Below, in pieces: positions 45,382 through 55,952 of a stretch of DNA of 64,000 nucleotides (the first letter of the stretch is position 1; every line of letters begins with the position of its first letter). Source of the DNA: Oceanispirochaeta sp. (GTDB taxonomy: Bacteria; Spirochaetota; Spirochaetia; DSM-2461). Location of the stretch: assembly GCA_963666275.2 (NCBI GenBank), contig CAXXOA010000003.1:288001-352000 (forward strand), in the 5' to 3' direction. A model generated the notes under the pieces. It had not been told where the DNA came from and searched no databases. It saw nothing but the letters and a program-made list of their open reading frames with translations. Position numbers and translations under genes: made by a program.

Positions 45382-46191
45382 ATGAAAAAAGGAATTTTCG
45401 CAGTCCTGCTACTGACTGTCTGCTCAGTTTTTTTAACAGCCGGCGGAGCACAGGAAACCGGAGAGGGAGACAACTCTCTGCAGTACATCCTCGACAAGGG
45501 AACTTTTGTCTTGGGGCTGGATGACAGCTTCCCCCCCATGGGCTTCCGTGATGAAGCCGGAGAGATCACCGGTTTTGATATTGATCTGGCCAGAGAGGTC
45601 TGTAACAGAATGGGTGTGGAGCTGAAAACTCAGCCTATCGACTGGGATGCCAAGATCCTGGATCTGAACAGCAGAGATATCGATGTTATCTGGAACGGTC
45701 TGACCATAAACGATGAGAGAATCGAGAAAATTGATTTTTCCAAACCCTATATTGCCAACAGACAGATCATTGTTGTTCAGGATGGTTCCGGCATCGATAC
45801 CAAAGGGGATCTGGCCGGGAAAAAAGTCGGTGTTCAGCTGGGAAGCAGCGCCGATGATGCTGTGAACGGAGATGCCGCAACAGCCGAAACTCTGGATGAA
45901 CTTGTCAAATTCCAGGATAACATTCAGGCTCTGATGGACCTGGAAGTGGGCCGGATTGACGCGGTCGTGGTTGATGAAATCCTGGGACGCTATTATATTT
46001 CCAAAAAAGCCGGCGTATTTGCGGTGGCAACCGACTATTTTGCAGAAGAGCAGTATGGGATCGGTTTCCGGAAAGGGGAAGCGGCCTTTGTCAGTGAAGT
46101 GGATCGTATCCTGGATGAAATGGTAAAAGACGGTACAGCCGAAGCTATTTCAACCAAGTGGTTCGCTGAGAATGTCCTCCTGCCCCGGTAA
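45382..46191 (+). CDS. Polar amino-acid ABC transporter substrate-binding protein
   Basis: GLDDSFPPMGF, GFDIDLA, IDVIWNG, EQYGIGFRK; start MKKGI. Confidence 0.95.
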   Translation: MKKGIFAVLLLTVCSVFLTAGGAQETGEGDNSLQYILDKGTFVLGLDDSFPPMGFRDEAGEITGFDIDLAREVCNRMGVELKTQPIDWDAKILDLNSRDIDVIWNGLTINDERIEKIDFSKPYIANRQIIVVQDGSGIDTKGDLAGKKVGVQLGSSADDAVNGDAATAETLDELVKFQDNIQALMDLEVGRIDAVVVDEILGRYYISKKAGVFAVATDYFAEEQYGIGFRKGEAAFVSEVDRILDEMVKDGTAEAISTKWFAENVLLPR

Positions 46192-46838
46192 TGGAATACT
46201 TCATTGATTCTACCCGTTACATCCTTCTGGGATGTACGGTAACACTGAAACTTTTTTGTATCACCCTGGCGGTATCCCTGCCGCTGGGGTTTCTCTGCGC
46301 TATGGCAAAGACCTCCCGGTGGAAGGGGCTGCGGGCTCTCATGGAGCTCTATACCTCGGTTGTCCGGGGAACACCCCTTCTGCTGCAGATCTTTTTTGTC
46401 TATTACGGACTTCCTATCCTGATCCCCGGCCTCCGGTTTGAACGGTTCACTGCGGCGGCGCTGACCTTTGTTTTGAACTACGGGGCCTATTTTACTGAAA
46501 TATTCAGGGGGGGAATCCAGTCTATTGAGAAGGGACAGTACGAAGCTTCCAGGGTTCTGGGAATGAGTTACGGCAAGACCATGGTCCGAATTATCCTTCC
46601 CCAGACCGTCAAAAGGGTTCTGCCTCCCGTGTCCAATGAGGCTATTACCCTGATTAAGGATACAGCCCTTATTGTCGTTCTGGGTATAGGGGATATTCTG
46701 AGAAACTCTAAAGAGATCGTTGCCAGGGATTTTACAATCAGCCCCTTTGTCATTGCCGCTCTTATCTATCTGGGAATGAACTACCTGGTGGTTCTGTTCT
46801 TCAGGCATCTTGAAAAGAGGTATTCCGTATATGAGTGA
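46191..46838 (+). CDS. Polar amino-acid ABC permease
   Basis: [32 protein letters not shown]. Confidence 0.95.
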   Translation: MEYFIDSTRYILLGCTVTLKLFCITLAVSLPLGFLCAMAKTSRWKGLRALMELYTSVVRGTPLLLQIFFVYYGLPILIPGLRFERFTAAALTFVLNYGAYFTEIFRGGIQSIEKGQYEASRVLGMSYGKTMVRIILPQTVKRVLPPVSNEAITLIKDTALIVVLGIGDILRNSKEIVARDFTISPFVIAALIYLGMNYLVVLFFRHLEKRYSVYE

Positions 46839-47574
46839 AATGATTGCTGTTGAGGGTCTGAAAAAGTCATTCGGAAATCTAGAAGTCCTCAAAGGTGTGG
46901 ATCTGAAAGTCCATAAAGGGGAGATCATCTCCATCATCGGACCTTCCGGTTCGGGAAAAAGCACACTCCTGCGCTCGCTGATTCATCTGGAAAAAGCTTC
47001 TTCCGGAAGGATAGAAATCGAAGGGGAGCCTATTGCATCGGATGAGCATATCAGTGAATCTCAGATCCGCCACAGGTGCCGGAAACTGGGTATGGTATTC
47101 CAGGGATTCAACCTGTTTCCCCATAAGACGGCTCTGGAAAATGTGATGGAGGCCCCTCTGTCTGTTCTGAAAATGGACAGGAAGAGCGCTGCCGCCAGAG
47201 GAGAAGATTTTCTGGCCAAGGTAGGACTGTCGGATAAAAGGGATGTCTATCCCTGTTACCTTTCGGGAGGGCAGAAACAGCGTGTAGCCATAGCCCGGGC
47301 TCTGGCAATGGAGCCGGATATCATGCTCTTTGACGAGCCTACCAGCGCTCTGGATCCGGAACTGATCGGAGAAGTTCTGGGAGTTATCAAAGATCTGGCG
47401 AATGAGCATATGACCATGCTTATCGTGACCCATGAAATGAGTTTTGCCCGTGAGGTTTCAGACAGGGTTATCTTTATGGATGAAGGGGTCATTCTGGAGG
47501 AGGGATCTCCCGAGAAAATCTTTTCCCGGCCGGATCATCCCAGGATCCGGACTTTTCTGGATAAAATGCTCTAG
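46831..47574 (+). CDS. Polar amino-acid ABC ATP-binding protein
   Basis: [42 protein letters not shown]. Confidence 0.96.
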   Translation: MSEMIAVEGLKKSFGNLEVLKGVDLKVHKGEIISIIGPSGSGKSTLLRSLIHLEKASSGRIEIEGEPIASDEHISESQIRHRCRKLGMVFQGFNLFPHKTALENVMEAPLSVLKMDRKSAAARGEDFLAKVGLSDKRDVYPCYLSGGQKQRVAIARALAMEPDIMLFDEPTSALDPELIGEVLGVIKDLANEHMTMLIVTHEMSFAREVSDRVIFMDEGVILEEGSPEKIFSRPDHPRIRTFLDKML

Positions 47575-47765
47575 ACTCTTACCGGTACTCTGTTCTTCCA
47601 GGGTACCGTTTTTTTTACTCACCTGTCTTTTTTATCTCATTCACAGGAATACAGGGGATAGCTGGAAGAAAATTCACTTAAAAGTAATTTTTTTTTAAAA
47701 GTTCGTGAAATTCGGAAATAAAGTATTATAATTTGTAAAAATTATCCGTAAAAAAGGAGCCTCTT

Positions 47766-48317
47766 TTGGCGACTATATACCAGTTCCCGGTTGATAGAAT
47801 GGAGATTGATCTGTCATTGTCCGGGCCATACTCCCACGAATACATCTTGTCTCCTCTCCCGGCCGGTCTGCTCGAACAGGCCCGGTGTTCTGAAGAAGAG
47901 AAAAGGGATCTGATTCCTCTTTATATAGAGCTTTTGTCGCTCCATTACAGTTACAGGGATGAAGGTCCGGAAGCTCTGCTTGAAGACGTTCCCGGGGCGG
48001 GCCGGGGATTTCTGAATACCGCCATCACACTGTTTCAGTCGGGAATAAAACCGAAAAACCTGGAGAAGCAGCTTCTCAAAGTGATAAGGAAGTCGGGGCA
48101 CACAGGTATCAGGCTTATGAAATCCCTGATGATTCAGCAGGCCTTTATGAGCCTGGCCGTAAACAATCACCCCTCCAGAACCAATGAGCTTCTGATGGAC
48201 CTGATCGGTTTCGCCAACCCCGGCTCCCTTCTGGAGGTTATTCTGAATGCCCTGTCGGTGAATGCAGCGGGAGAACCGGAAGAGTTTGTCTCTTTCAGGT
48301 CCTGTCCCTCTTCCTAG
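47766..48317 (+). CDS. Hypothetical protein resembling a MotA-type cytoplasmic helical domain
   Basis: TTG start after SD aaggag; pattern RDEG..AL...FL..AI.L..SG..P..L...G..L...MI......NHP....E.L..LIG. Confidence 0.55.
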   Translation: MATIYQFPVDRMEIDLSLSGPYSHEYILSPLPAGLLEQARCSEEEKRDLIPLYIELLSLHYSYRDEGPEALLEDVPGAGRGFLNTAITLFQSGIKPKNLEKQLLKVIRKSGHTGIRLMKSLMIQQAFMSLAVNNHPSRTNELLMDLIGFANPGSLLEVILNALSVNAAGEPEEFVSFRSCPSS

Positions 48318-49255
48318 CCACCGCACAGACCGCAGGGATCTCCCTGCTTTTCTTCCGTATAATATCCATGCGAAGTCTTGCCGTAGTAACGGCAGCGGCT
48401 GTTGTGACGGGTGCTGTTGCTGCTGTTGATCCAGTAGGGCAGAACCGTTCCGGCTGTTACGGCTGTGGGTGAGAGATTCTGTTCCCTCAGGGGCGCTGAG
48501 GACTCTCCTGCGGGATAAAAATCCCATGTCTCCTTTTCAATGACCGATTCAATTTCCTCTTCCTCCGGATCGGGGAGTCCGGGAAAAAAATCTATTCCTG
48601 TGAGAATTTCAACATCATCCACTGTCACCGCATAGGAGGAGAGGGGGAATTCCCCTTTTTTATTGGGAAGGACAAATCCGATGCTTTTCTGAACGGACTC
48701 ATCATAGACCAGAATCACCTTATAGAAGTATACGGGAACAGCCACCCCGCTGGTACCGATCCGCGGCAGATCCTCTTTCGTCAGGATGGGCCCCGTTACG
48801 ATGAACAGGCTCCCGTACTGTCGGGCCCAGTCCCGGACCAGCTCCTCCAGGTTTTTCCAGATTCCTCTGTTGAAAGACGGATTCTGGGGGCTCATATTGG
48901 AGAGGTAGAAAGAGTCTGACATAGTCTGCCCTGTGAGTTTCATATCTCCTGCCGGCGCCAGATGGCCCCGGTCGAAACCGGACCCTTTGTAGTCCTCCCC
49001 AGAGGCCGATCCTGTAAGAACAAGAGGATCTTCCCTGAAATTGTCAGTCCGTTCAAATGTCCCCTCTGTTTCGGAGGCTGTCAGTTCATAGGCCACCCAG
49101 TCGGCCTGTTCGTACTCCTCTCTGTAATTCAGGGTATAGGCGCTGTGCCTGATAATCTGATCTCCCTCTCTGGGAAGGGGAATTTCCAGGGACTGACTGA
49201 AACCTGCCGCGGGAAGAGATAAAAGGAGGAACAGAAAGAGGAGTAAACGTCGCAT
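48314..49255 (-). CDS. Secreted DNA/RNA non-specific endonuclease (NucA/EndA family) with C-terminal Cys/His tail
   Basis: FDRGHLAPAGD, SFYLSNMSPQ..FNRG.W..LE, VPVYFYK; signal peptide from MRRLLL; tail H...C...C..CGG. Confidence 0.92.
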   Translation of the reverse strand: MRRLLLFLFLLLSLPAAGFSQSLEIPLPREGDQIIRHSAYTLNYREEYEQADWVAYELTASETEGTFERTDNFREDPLVLTGSASGEDYKGSGFDRGHLAPAGDMKLTGQTMSDSFYLSNMSPQNPSFNRGIWKNLEELVRDWARQYGSLFIVTGPILTKEDLPRIGTSGVAVPVYFYKVILVYDESVQKSIGFVLPNKKGEFPLSSYAVTVDDVEILTGIDFFPGLPDPEEEEIESVIEKETWDFYPAGESSAPLREQNLSPTAVTAGTVLPYWINSSNSTRHNSRCRYYGKTSHGYYTEEKQGDPCGLCGG

Positions 49256-49477
49256 CCGCATATTGTATAAAAAATATATATTTTTTAAAGGTTTTCGAAA
49301 AAAAATCCATTTTAATCTCTCCTCTCCGGGATGTAAGGTATAAAAGTGCATTGATCGGTGTGTAATGTGTATCCGTGAGAAAAATTGTCCATCCTATTCT
49401 GCAATTTTCTGAATGGTGAAACGGGCTGTTTCCTCCGGATAATAGAGTTCAGCAGAACAGTACAAAGGAGAGCGATT

Positions 49478-50419
49478 ATGCTTCAGAATTTTGAAAAGAC
49501 GAATAAGATGATTGATGAGAAGTTTGAAGCTTTCAAATCAGAAAGGTCTTCAGAGATGAAAAACCCCCTGAAGATCTCCTGGAGTAACTGGGGATTCGGT
49601 GTGGAACCCCTCAAAACCTCCATGGAAAGGCTGGCCCGGCACGGCCTGGAATACATTGAACTCCACGGAAATCATTACGGACCGGATCTGGGCTATAAAG
49701 CGAAGGATGTGAAAAAACTCCTTTCTGAAATGGATATGAAAGTCAGCGGCGTATGCGGAATGTTTTCGGCGGAGAATGATCTGTCCAGTGTTTCCGCCGT
49801 TCACAGACAGGCGGCCCTGGACTACATAAAAAGGGAAGTGGAGTTTACCGCAGAAGTGGGGGGAACCTATATTCTTGTGGTTCCCGGCGCTGTGGGAAGG
49901 AATGCCGCTTACGATGATATGGAGTATCACAGGAGTATTGAAACCCTGCAGATTGTTGCGGATATTTTCGAGAAACATAATATCAAAGGGGCGATAGAAC
50001 CGATCCGTTCTGCGGAAGTATCCTTTGTTCATACAGTCAAAGACGCCCAGCAGTACATAAAGGATTTAGGCTGTCCCGGTGTTTCCTGGATCAACGGGGA
50101 TGTCTATCATATGCAGTCCGAAGAATCTCATATCGCAGGAGCCATCCTCGATGCGGGAGAACAGCTTGTGAATCTCCATATGGCGGACAGTCAGCGGGGA
50201 GCCCTGGGAACGGGATTTCTGGATCTGGACAGGATCATCGAAGCCCTCTATCTGATCGGATATAATAACAGGGACTGCTTTATGAGCCCCGAACCTCTGG
50301 GGCCGGGAGGAGATCCCTATCCGGCCATGTACGGAAAGCCCGAACCGGAAGTCCTGGAAGAGCTTGTGAAAGTCACTGTTGAGACCATCAGAAGCCGAGA
50401 GGCTTTTCTGAAAGCATAG
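49478..50419 (+). CDS. Sugar phosphate isomerase/epimerase (xylose-isomerase-like TIM barrel, ketose 3-epimerase-like)
   Basis: IEPIRSAE, GDVYHM..EE, NLHMADSQR, SPEP; SD aaggag before ATG 49478. Confidence 0.88.
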   Translation: MLQNFEKTNKMIDEKFEAFKSERSSEMKNPLKISWSNWGFGVEPLKTSMERLARHGLEYIELHGNHYGPDLGYKAKDVKKLLSEMDMKVSGVCGMFSAENDLSSVSAVHRQAALDYIKREVEFTAEVGGTYILVVPGAVGRNAAYDDMEYHRSIETLQIVADIFEKHNIKGAIEPIRSAEVSFVHTVKDAQQYIKDLGCPGVSWINGDVYHMQSEESHIAGAILDAGEQLVNLHMADSQRGALGTGFLDLDRIIEALYLIGYNNRDCFMSPEPLGPGGDPYPAMYGKPEPEVLEELVKVTVETIRSREAFLKA

Positions 50420-50434
50420 GAGACACGGGAGAAG

Positions 50435-51349
50435 GTGCAGGCATCTGCTCATAGACCGGAGAATTTTTTCCACTATTTCGACTACTCCCAGGAGGATATG
50501 GACTGGCAGCTCTATGTGACAACCATAGGGCATGTCCATATCCGGCCCGGGGATCCCTATCCCTATGAGTGGGAAAAGCATCCAAAGCCCTATACACACA
50601 ACTGGTCCTCCGGGCGGATACTCAGTGAGTTCCAGTTCGTCTATATCGTGGAAGGTTCGGGAATATTCCGGTCCTTCCACGGGGAGTTTTCCGTCAGTGC
50701 CGGTACAATCCTGGTTCTGGTTCCGGGAGAGCGCTACTGGTACGTACCCGATCAGGATACGGGATGGACCGAGTACTGGATCGGTTTCAACGGGGAAAGC
50801 GCCCAGAGATGGCTGGAGAAGAGGTTTGTTCTGAGAGAGAACAATCTCTTTCATGTGGGATACAACCGCGCCATCATCTCCCTTTTCAATCAGGCTGTGG
50901 AATTTGTAGAGGAGAAGCCGGCAGGGATGCAGCAGCTGATCTCTTCGCTGATTCCCCAGATCCTGGCGAGGCTCAACTCTATTCGGAAAGATACGGGTGC
51001 CGGGGGCGACACGGGGTCTCTCCTGGAACGAGCCAGAATCCTCTTTGATGAAAAGCTTTACGAAAGGTATGATGTGGAAGCAATCACCGCCTCTCTGAAG
51101 GTCAGCTACCGAACTCTTCGCAGCTATTTCAATGAGCAGACAGGACTCTCGCCCTACCACTACTTTCTTCAGATGAAGATCAACAAAGCCAAGGAACTCC
51201 TCCTGCAGGAGGATATGACAGTGAAAACCGTTTCGTTCAGACTGGCTTTTGACAATCCCTACTATTTTTCCCGTCTCTTCAAGAAGAAGACAGGTGTGCC
51301 CCCCTCGAAATGGCATCTGGTTCATGTCAATTATGATCTGGAACTGTAA
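50435..51349 (+). CDS. AraC-family transcriptional regulator
   Basis: Cupin N-domain (YIVEGSG, EYWIGFNG); C-terminal FDNPYYFSRLFKKKTGVPP. Confidence 0.95.
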   Translation: MQASAHRPENFFHYFDYSQEDMDWQLYVTTIGHVHIRPGDPYPYEWEKHPKPYTHNWSSGRILSEFQFVYIVEGSGIFRSFHGEFSVSAGTILVLVPGERYWYVPDQDTGWTEYWIGFNGESAQRWLEKRFVLRENNLFHVGYNRAIISLFNQAVEFVEEKPAGMQQLISSLIPQILARLNSIRKDTGAGGDTGSLLERARILFDEKLYERYDVEAITASLKVSYRTLRSYFNEQTGLSPYHYFLQMKINKAKELLLQEDMTVKTVSFRLAFDNPYYFSRLFKKKTGVPPSKWHLVHVNYDLEL

Positions 51350-51422
51350 GCAGGTTTCTGCCCTTTAACACATTGAGTGTTCTCAGATTGTCCTTTGTCT
51401 CTGAAACTGATAGTCTGGCAAA

Positions 51423-52328
51423 ATGCATTTACCATTTATCTACAGCCTGCTGATTATACTACTTGTGTACAGCCTGAAAAAAGCGGGGCTTTTCAAGTCC
51501 TCCGACTATGTTATTTTCTCCCGGGCAGTGATGAATTTCACTTTCCCCGCAGTGATCCTTCTGAATGTCTCCTCCACAGCTCTGTCGGCTGATATGGCTC
51601 TGCTGCCTGTTGTGCCCATCCTTATGGCCCTGGCCGCTTCCGGGCTAGGATTCTTTCTGTTCCGATCCTTCCCCTCTGACACAAGGGGGCTCATGATGCT
51701 CAGCACCATGGGCCTCAATATCGGTCTCTTCGCCTTTCCCATTATTGAGGGGCTCTTCGGGGCGGAGGGCCTCCGGATTGCAGCGATTATGGATATGGGA
51801 AACGCCCTGACAATTTTCGGATTTTCCTACTTTCTGGGAGCCCATTACTCTCCTCTCCATGCCGGGAACAGAAGGGACGTCCTGAGTTTTATAAAGATCT
51901 TTTTGAAGTCCCCGCCCTTTATGGCCTATATTATTGCGCTGTTTCTCAATATGAACGGGATAGTTCTTCCTGAAATTCTGACAGGCTGGATGGGGATCTT
52001 TGCCAGGGCCAATCAGTTCCTTGTCCTTCTTGTGCTGGGACTTGTGCTGAATTTCGACTGGAAGGACCACGGAGCCAAAGGGGTTTTCACCCTTCTGCTG
52101 CTGAGGTACTTTGTGGCATTCCTTTTTGCTCTGCTTACCTGGTATCTCCTGCCTTTTGACCACATTACAAAAAAAGTCGCCATCATCTGCATGATCCTTC
52201 CCGTGGGATTCCTGGTTGTTCCCTATTCCCATCAGTTCGGCTATGACGAGAAAACCGCCGGGGGAATCATCAATATGTCACTGGTCCTGGGTTTTTTTAC
52301 CATGTGGGCCCTTATGGTGATACTGTAG
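51423..52328 (+). CDS. AEC-family (malate permease-like) transporter
   Basis: About 10 TM segments; NFTFPA, NIGLFAFP, SPPFMAY motifs. Confidence 0.85.
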   Translation: MHLPFIYSLLIILLVYSLKKAGLFKSSDYVIFSRAVMNFTFPAVILLNVSSTALSADMALLPVVPILMALAASGLGFFLFRSFPSDTRGLMMLSTMGLNIGLFAFPIIEGLFGAEGLRIAAIMDMGNALTIFGFSYFLGAHYSPLHAGNRRDVLSFIKIFLKSPPFMAYIIALFLNMNGIVLPEILTGWMGIFARANQFLVLLVLGLVLNFDWKDHGAKGVFTLLLLRYFVAFLFALLTWYLLPFDHITKKVAIICMILPVGFLVVPYSHQFGYDEKTAGGIINMSLVLGFFTMWALMVIL

Positions 52329-52430
52329 ATCCCGCATCAGAATTTATCCGGCCCTCAGGGAAGTCCTTGTGCCTGAGGCAGAGGGGATTATAATTAGAAG
52401 AAGATATTTATTTTCAGGGGAGAGTCATAA

Positions 52431-53558
52431 ATGGGATACGCAGATGCTTACAGAGATTGTGAATGGGTGGATTTCGCCGTACTTGAACGCTTTATGAAAG
52501 AGGTTCTTGTAAAAAGCGGAGTTCCCGAAGAGGATGCCGAAATTGTCAAAGAGGTTCTTATCGAGTCAGACCGGCGCGGTATTGATTCACATGGAATCGG
52601 CAGGCTCAAGCCCATCTATATAAACCGTCTGGATGCGGGAACCCAGGAGCCTGTGACCAGAGTGGATATACTGAAAGAAACGGAAACCACAGCCGTTCTG
52701 GATGCCAACAACGGGATGGGTCATGTCGCTGCGAAACAGGCCATGCAGATGGCCATTGATAAAGCAAAAGACCATGGCATGGGCATGGTGGCTGTGAGGA
52801 ATTCCACCCACTACGGCATAGCCGGGTACTATACCTCCATGGCCACAAAAGAGGGCATGATCGGAATGACAGGCACCAATGCCAGGCCTTCCATCGCCCC
52901 CACCTTCGGCACGGAGAATATGCTGGGAACCAATCCTCTCACCATAGGGCTGCCTACGGATGAAGAGTTCGATTTTATTCTGGACTGTGCCACCTCGGTC
53001 TCCCAGAGAGGGAAAATTGAGGTCTACGGCCGGGCCGGGAAGGACCTTCCTCCCGGATGGGTCATAGGAGAAGACGGAAAAACCCGGACCGATACAGAAC
53101 AGATCCTGGTGGATCTTACCAAAGGCAAGGCTGCCCTGGCTCCTCTGGGAGGAATCGGGGATATGACCGGCGGGTACAAGGGATTCGGTTATTCCACGGT
53201 GGTGGAGATTCTTTCGGCGGCCCTTCAGGACGGGAAGTTTCTGAAAGATCTTAACGGTGTCGATCAGGAGGGAAAGAAGAAGCCCATCCTGCTGGGACAC
53301 TTTTTCATTGCCATCAATACTGATTTCTTCCTGGGAGAACAGGTTTTCCGCAAAATTGCCGGGACCATCCTCCGGAATCTCAGGGACTCCCGGAAAGCTC
53401 CGGGAGAGGAGAGGATCTATACGGCCGGTGAGAAGGAGTATCTTGCCTGGCAGTACAGAAAGGAACACGGCTGTCCTGTTCCTGTGACCCTGCAGAATCA
53501 GATGAGTGAGCTCCGGGACCGCTGGAACCTGGACTTTCAATTCTCCTGGGATAAATAG
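52431..53558 (+). CDS. Ldh_2-family (type 2 malate/L-lactate) oxidoreductase
   Basis: RGIDSHG, VRNSTHYG, LGTNP, LDCATS, GYKGFG motifs. Confidence 0.92.
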   Translation: MGYADAYRDCEWVDFAVLERFMKEVLVKSGVPEEDAEIVKEVLIESDRRGIDSHGIGRLKPIYINRLDAGTQEPVTRVDILKETETTAVLDANNGMGHVAAKQAMQMAIDKAKDHGMGMVAVRNSTHYGIAGYYTSMATKEGMIGMTGTNARPSIAPTFGTENMLGTNPLTIGLPTDEEFDFILDCATSVSQRGKIEVYGRAGKDLPPGWVIGEDGKTRTDTEQILVDLTKGKAALAPLGGIGDMTGGYKGFGYSTVVEILSAALQDGKFLKDLNGVDQEGKKKPILLGHFFIAINTDFFLGEQVFRKIAGTILRNLRDSRKAPGEERIYTAGEKEYLAWQYRKEHGCPVPVTLQNQMSELRDRWNLDFQFSWDK

Positions 53559-53584
53559 TAGAATAGTCAGACCTTTTTCTTATT

Positions 53585-53748
53585 CCCTCTTCCCCCGGGA
53601 GAGGGCTGGGGAGAAGGACGGGAGTCGGTACACCTCCATTTCAACCTCTCTTTAATCGTGAGAATCCTCCGGTTAATTGATGAAGGGTTTCTCTTTAGTA
53701 TCTGGAACTGACCCTCTCCCCCGACCCCTCTCCCAAAGGGAGAGGGGA
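53585..53748. repeat. Inverted pair of REP-like palindromes (REPIN/BIME-like)
   Basis: CCCTCTTCCCCCGGGAGAGGGCTGGGGAGAAGG ... CCCTCTCCCCCGACCCCTCTCCCAAAGGGAGAGGGG; same family as the 25022 element. Confidence 0.75.
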
Positions 53749-53773
53749 GATTCGTTGTAATAAGGATAACTAT

Positions 53774-55057
53774 ATGGACGATATGAAGAAAAACGCTCTG
53801 GCCTATCATGAGCTGGAGGGTAAACCCGGAAAACTGGAAGTAGTGGCTTCCAAACCCTGCAAAACCTCGGATGACCTGACCCTGGCCTATTCGCCGGGAG
53901 TGGCTCATCCGGTGCTTGAAATTGATGAAAACCCCTCTGATGCCTACAGGTATACCAATAAGGGGAATCTGGTGGCTGTTGTCTCCAACGGGACTGCCAT
54001 CCTGGGGCTGGGCGACAGGGGGGCTCTGGCGAGTAAACCTGTTATGGAGGGGAAGGGTGTTCTTTTTAAACGCTTTGCCGATATTGATGTGTTTGACATT
54101 GAACTGGATACAAAGGATCCCAAAAAAATAATAGACATTGTCAAAACCATGGAGCCCACCTTCGGAGGTGTGAATCTGGAGGATATCGGAGCACCCGACT
54201 GCTTTGAAATTGAGCAGACCCTGATCGAGGAGTGCAATATCCCTGTCTTCCATGATGATCAGCACGGGACCGCCATTATTGCTACAGCAGGGCTTATGAA
54301 CGGCGCGGAAATTCAGGGGAAAAAGCTGGAGGATCTTAAAATCGTTGTAAACGGTGCCGGCGCTGCGGGAATCAGCTGTTCCAAAATGTTCCTGGCCGCG
54401 GGTGTCAGAAAAGAGAACCTCCTTCTGTTGGATTCCAAAGGCGTGATCTACAAAGGACGGACCGAACGTATGACTCCCGAAAAAGTGGAGTTTGCCGCAG
54501 ACACCGACAGAAGGACTCTGGCGGATGCTGTTGAGGGTGCCGATGTTTTTATGGGCCTTTCCGTTGCGGACTGTCTGACCGCGGAAATGCTGAAATCCAT
54601 GGCTCCCAGGCCTATCATTTTTGCCATGGCCAATCCCAACCCCGAAATTAAGCCCGATCTGGCTCATGCCACCAGGGATGATCTGATCATCGGTACGGGA
54701 AGGAGCGATTATCCCAACCAGGTCAATAATGTTCTGGGATTCCCCTTTATTTTCCGGGGAGCCCTGGATGTGAAGGCCAGAAGAATTTCCGAAGGTATGA
54801 AGATGGCTGCGGCAAAAGCTCTGGCGGAACTGACGAAACAGAGTGTTCCCGATGAAGTCCGAGCGGCCTATGGAAGGGATTTTACCTTTGGTAAAGAGTA
54901 TGTTGTTCCCAAACCCTTCGATCCCCGGGTTATTGAGTGGGAAGCCCTGGCTGTGGCGAAAGCCGCCTGTGAAGAAGGCCTGGCTGCAGAGCCCATTACA
55001 GACTGGGACGCCTACAGAGCCTCTCTGAAAAAGAGAATGGAAAAACACTGGAAGTGA
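53774..55057 (+). CDS. NAD(P)-dependent malic enzyme (short form, no PTA domain)
   Basis: [60 protein letters not shown]. Confidence 0.95.
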   Translation: MDDMKKNALAYHELEGKPGKLEVVASKPCKTSDDLTLAYSPGVAHPVLEIDENPSDAYRYTNKGNLVAVVSNGTAILGLGDRGALASKPVMEGKGVLFKRFADIDVFDIELDTKDPKKIIDIVKTMEPTFGGVNLEDIGAPDCFEIEQTLIEECNIPVFHDDQHGTAIIATAGLMNGAEIQGKKLEDLKIVVNGAGAAGISCSKMFLAAGVRKENLLLLDSKGVIYKGRTERMTPEKVEFAADTDRRTLADAVEGADVFMGLSVADCLTAEMLKSMAPRPIIFAMANPNPEIKPDLAHATRDDLIIGTGRSDYPNQVNNVLGFPFIFRGALDVKARRISEGMKMAAAKALAELTKQSVPDEVRAAYGRDFTFGKEYVVPKPFDPRVIEWEALAVAKAACEEGLAAEPITDWDAYRASLKKRMEKHWK

Positions 55058-55272
55058 TGATCCTCCTTCCCGGCCTCTCTTATGGAGGAGAAGGGGATCT
55101 TCTTTTTTCAGGAATAAATGAAATTGACAAACACCCCTGCGGACGGCAGAGGGTGTTTTTTTAACAGGCATTCTCTTTTCCTGCCCCTGTCAGGTCTGAC
55201 CATTTGGTTTTTTATTTGCCAATTCCCGGTTCTGAAGTTAAAATTCACAATGTAAAGACCAAGGAGGCAGCA

Positions 55273-55917
55273 ATGCAGGTAGCTTACAGAATGACGAAAA
55301 ATCCTATTACCATTACTTCTCATACCCCGGTGAACGAAGCCAGAAATATTATGAAGAAAGAAAAGATTCACCGATTGCCTGTTACAGACAAGCACGGACA
55401 CCTGGAGGGGATTGTCACGGAAAAGGATATCCTTTATGCCTCTCCCTCTCCTGCCACATCTCTTGATGTCTGGGAAATTTCCAATCTGATGAATAAACTG
55501 GAAGTCCATTCGGTGATGACAAAGAAAATGATCACCATCACGTCCCAGACTCCCATTGAGGATGCCGCCAGGATCATGTCGGATAACAATATCGGAGGAC
55601 TTCCCATTCTGGAGGATGATATTCTGGTGGGAATTATCACGGAATCCGATATTTTCAAGGTTTTTATAGAACTCTTCGGAGCCAGAGAAAAGGGGCTGAG
55701 AGTTACGATCCTTATGCCAGAGAAACACGGAGAACTGGCAGCTGTTTCCAGCGCTATTGCCAATGCCGGAGGGGACATCGTCTCTTTCGGTAATATGCTG
55801 GGGGAGAATGCCACCAACCGCTATGGGATCTTTAAAGTTCAGAACCTGACGGAGCAGGAGCTCATAGGCTGTATCGAACCCCTTGTGGAACGGATTGTCG
55901 ATGTAAGGCAGATGTAA
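55273..55917 (+). CDS. CBS-pair + ACT domain protein (AcuB-like)
   Basis: MTKNPIT, IHRLPV, GIITESDIF, then ACT domain (PEKHGELAAV); SD aaggagg. Confidence 0.9.
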   Translation: MQVAYRMTKNPITITSHTPVNEARNIMKKEKIHRLPVTDKHGHLEGIVTEKDILYASPSPATSLDVWEISNLMNKLEVHSVMTKKMITITSQTPIEDAARIMSDNNIGGLPILEDDILVGIITESDIFKVFIELFGAREKGLRVTILMPEKHGELAAVSSAIANAGGDIVSFGNMLGENATNRYGIFKVQNLTEQELIGCIEPLVERIVDVRQM

Positions 55918-55923
55918 ACCCGA

Positions 55924-55952
55924 CGGGAGGCTTTTAAAAGTCTCCCTTTTTT
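55924..55952 (+). terminator. Rho-independent terminator
   Basis: GGGAGGCTTT-taa-AAGTCTCCC followed by TTTTTT. Confidence 0.75.

Noticed and set aside
48314..49351. Nuclease as part of a defence or toxin system
   Set aside because: It has a signal peptide, no adjacent immunity or defence gene, and fits an ordinary secreted NucA-type nuclease.
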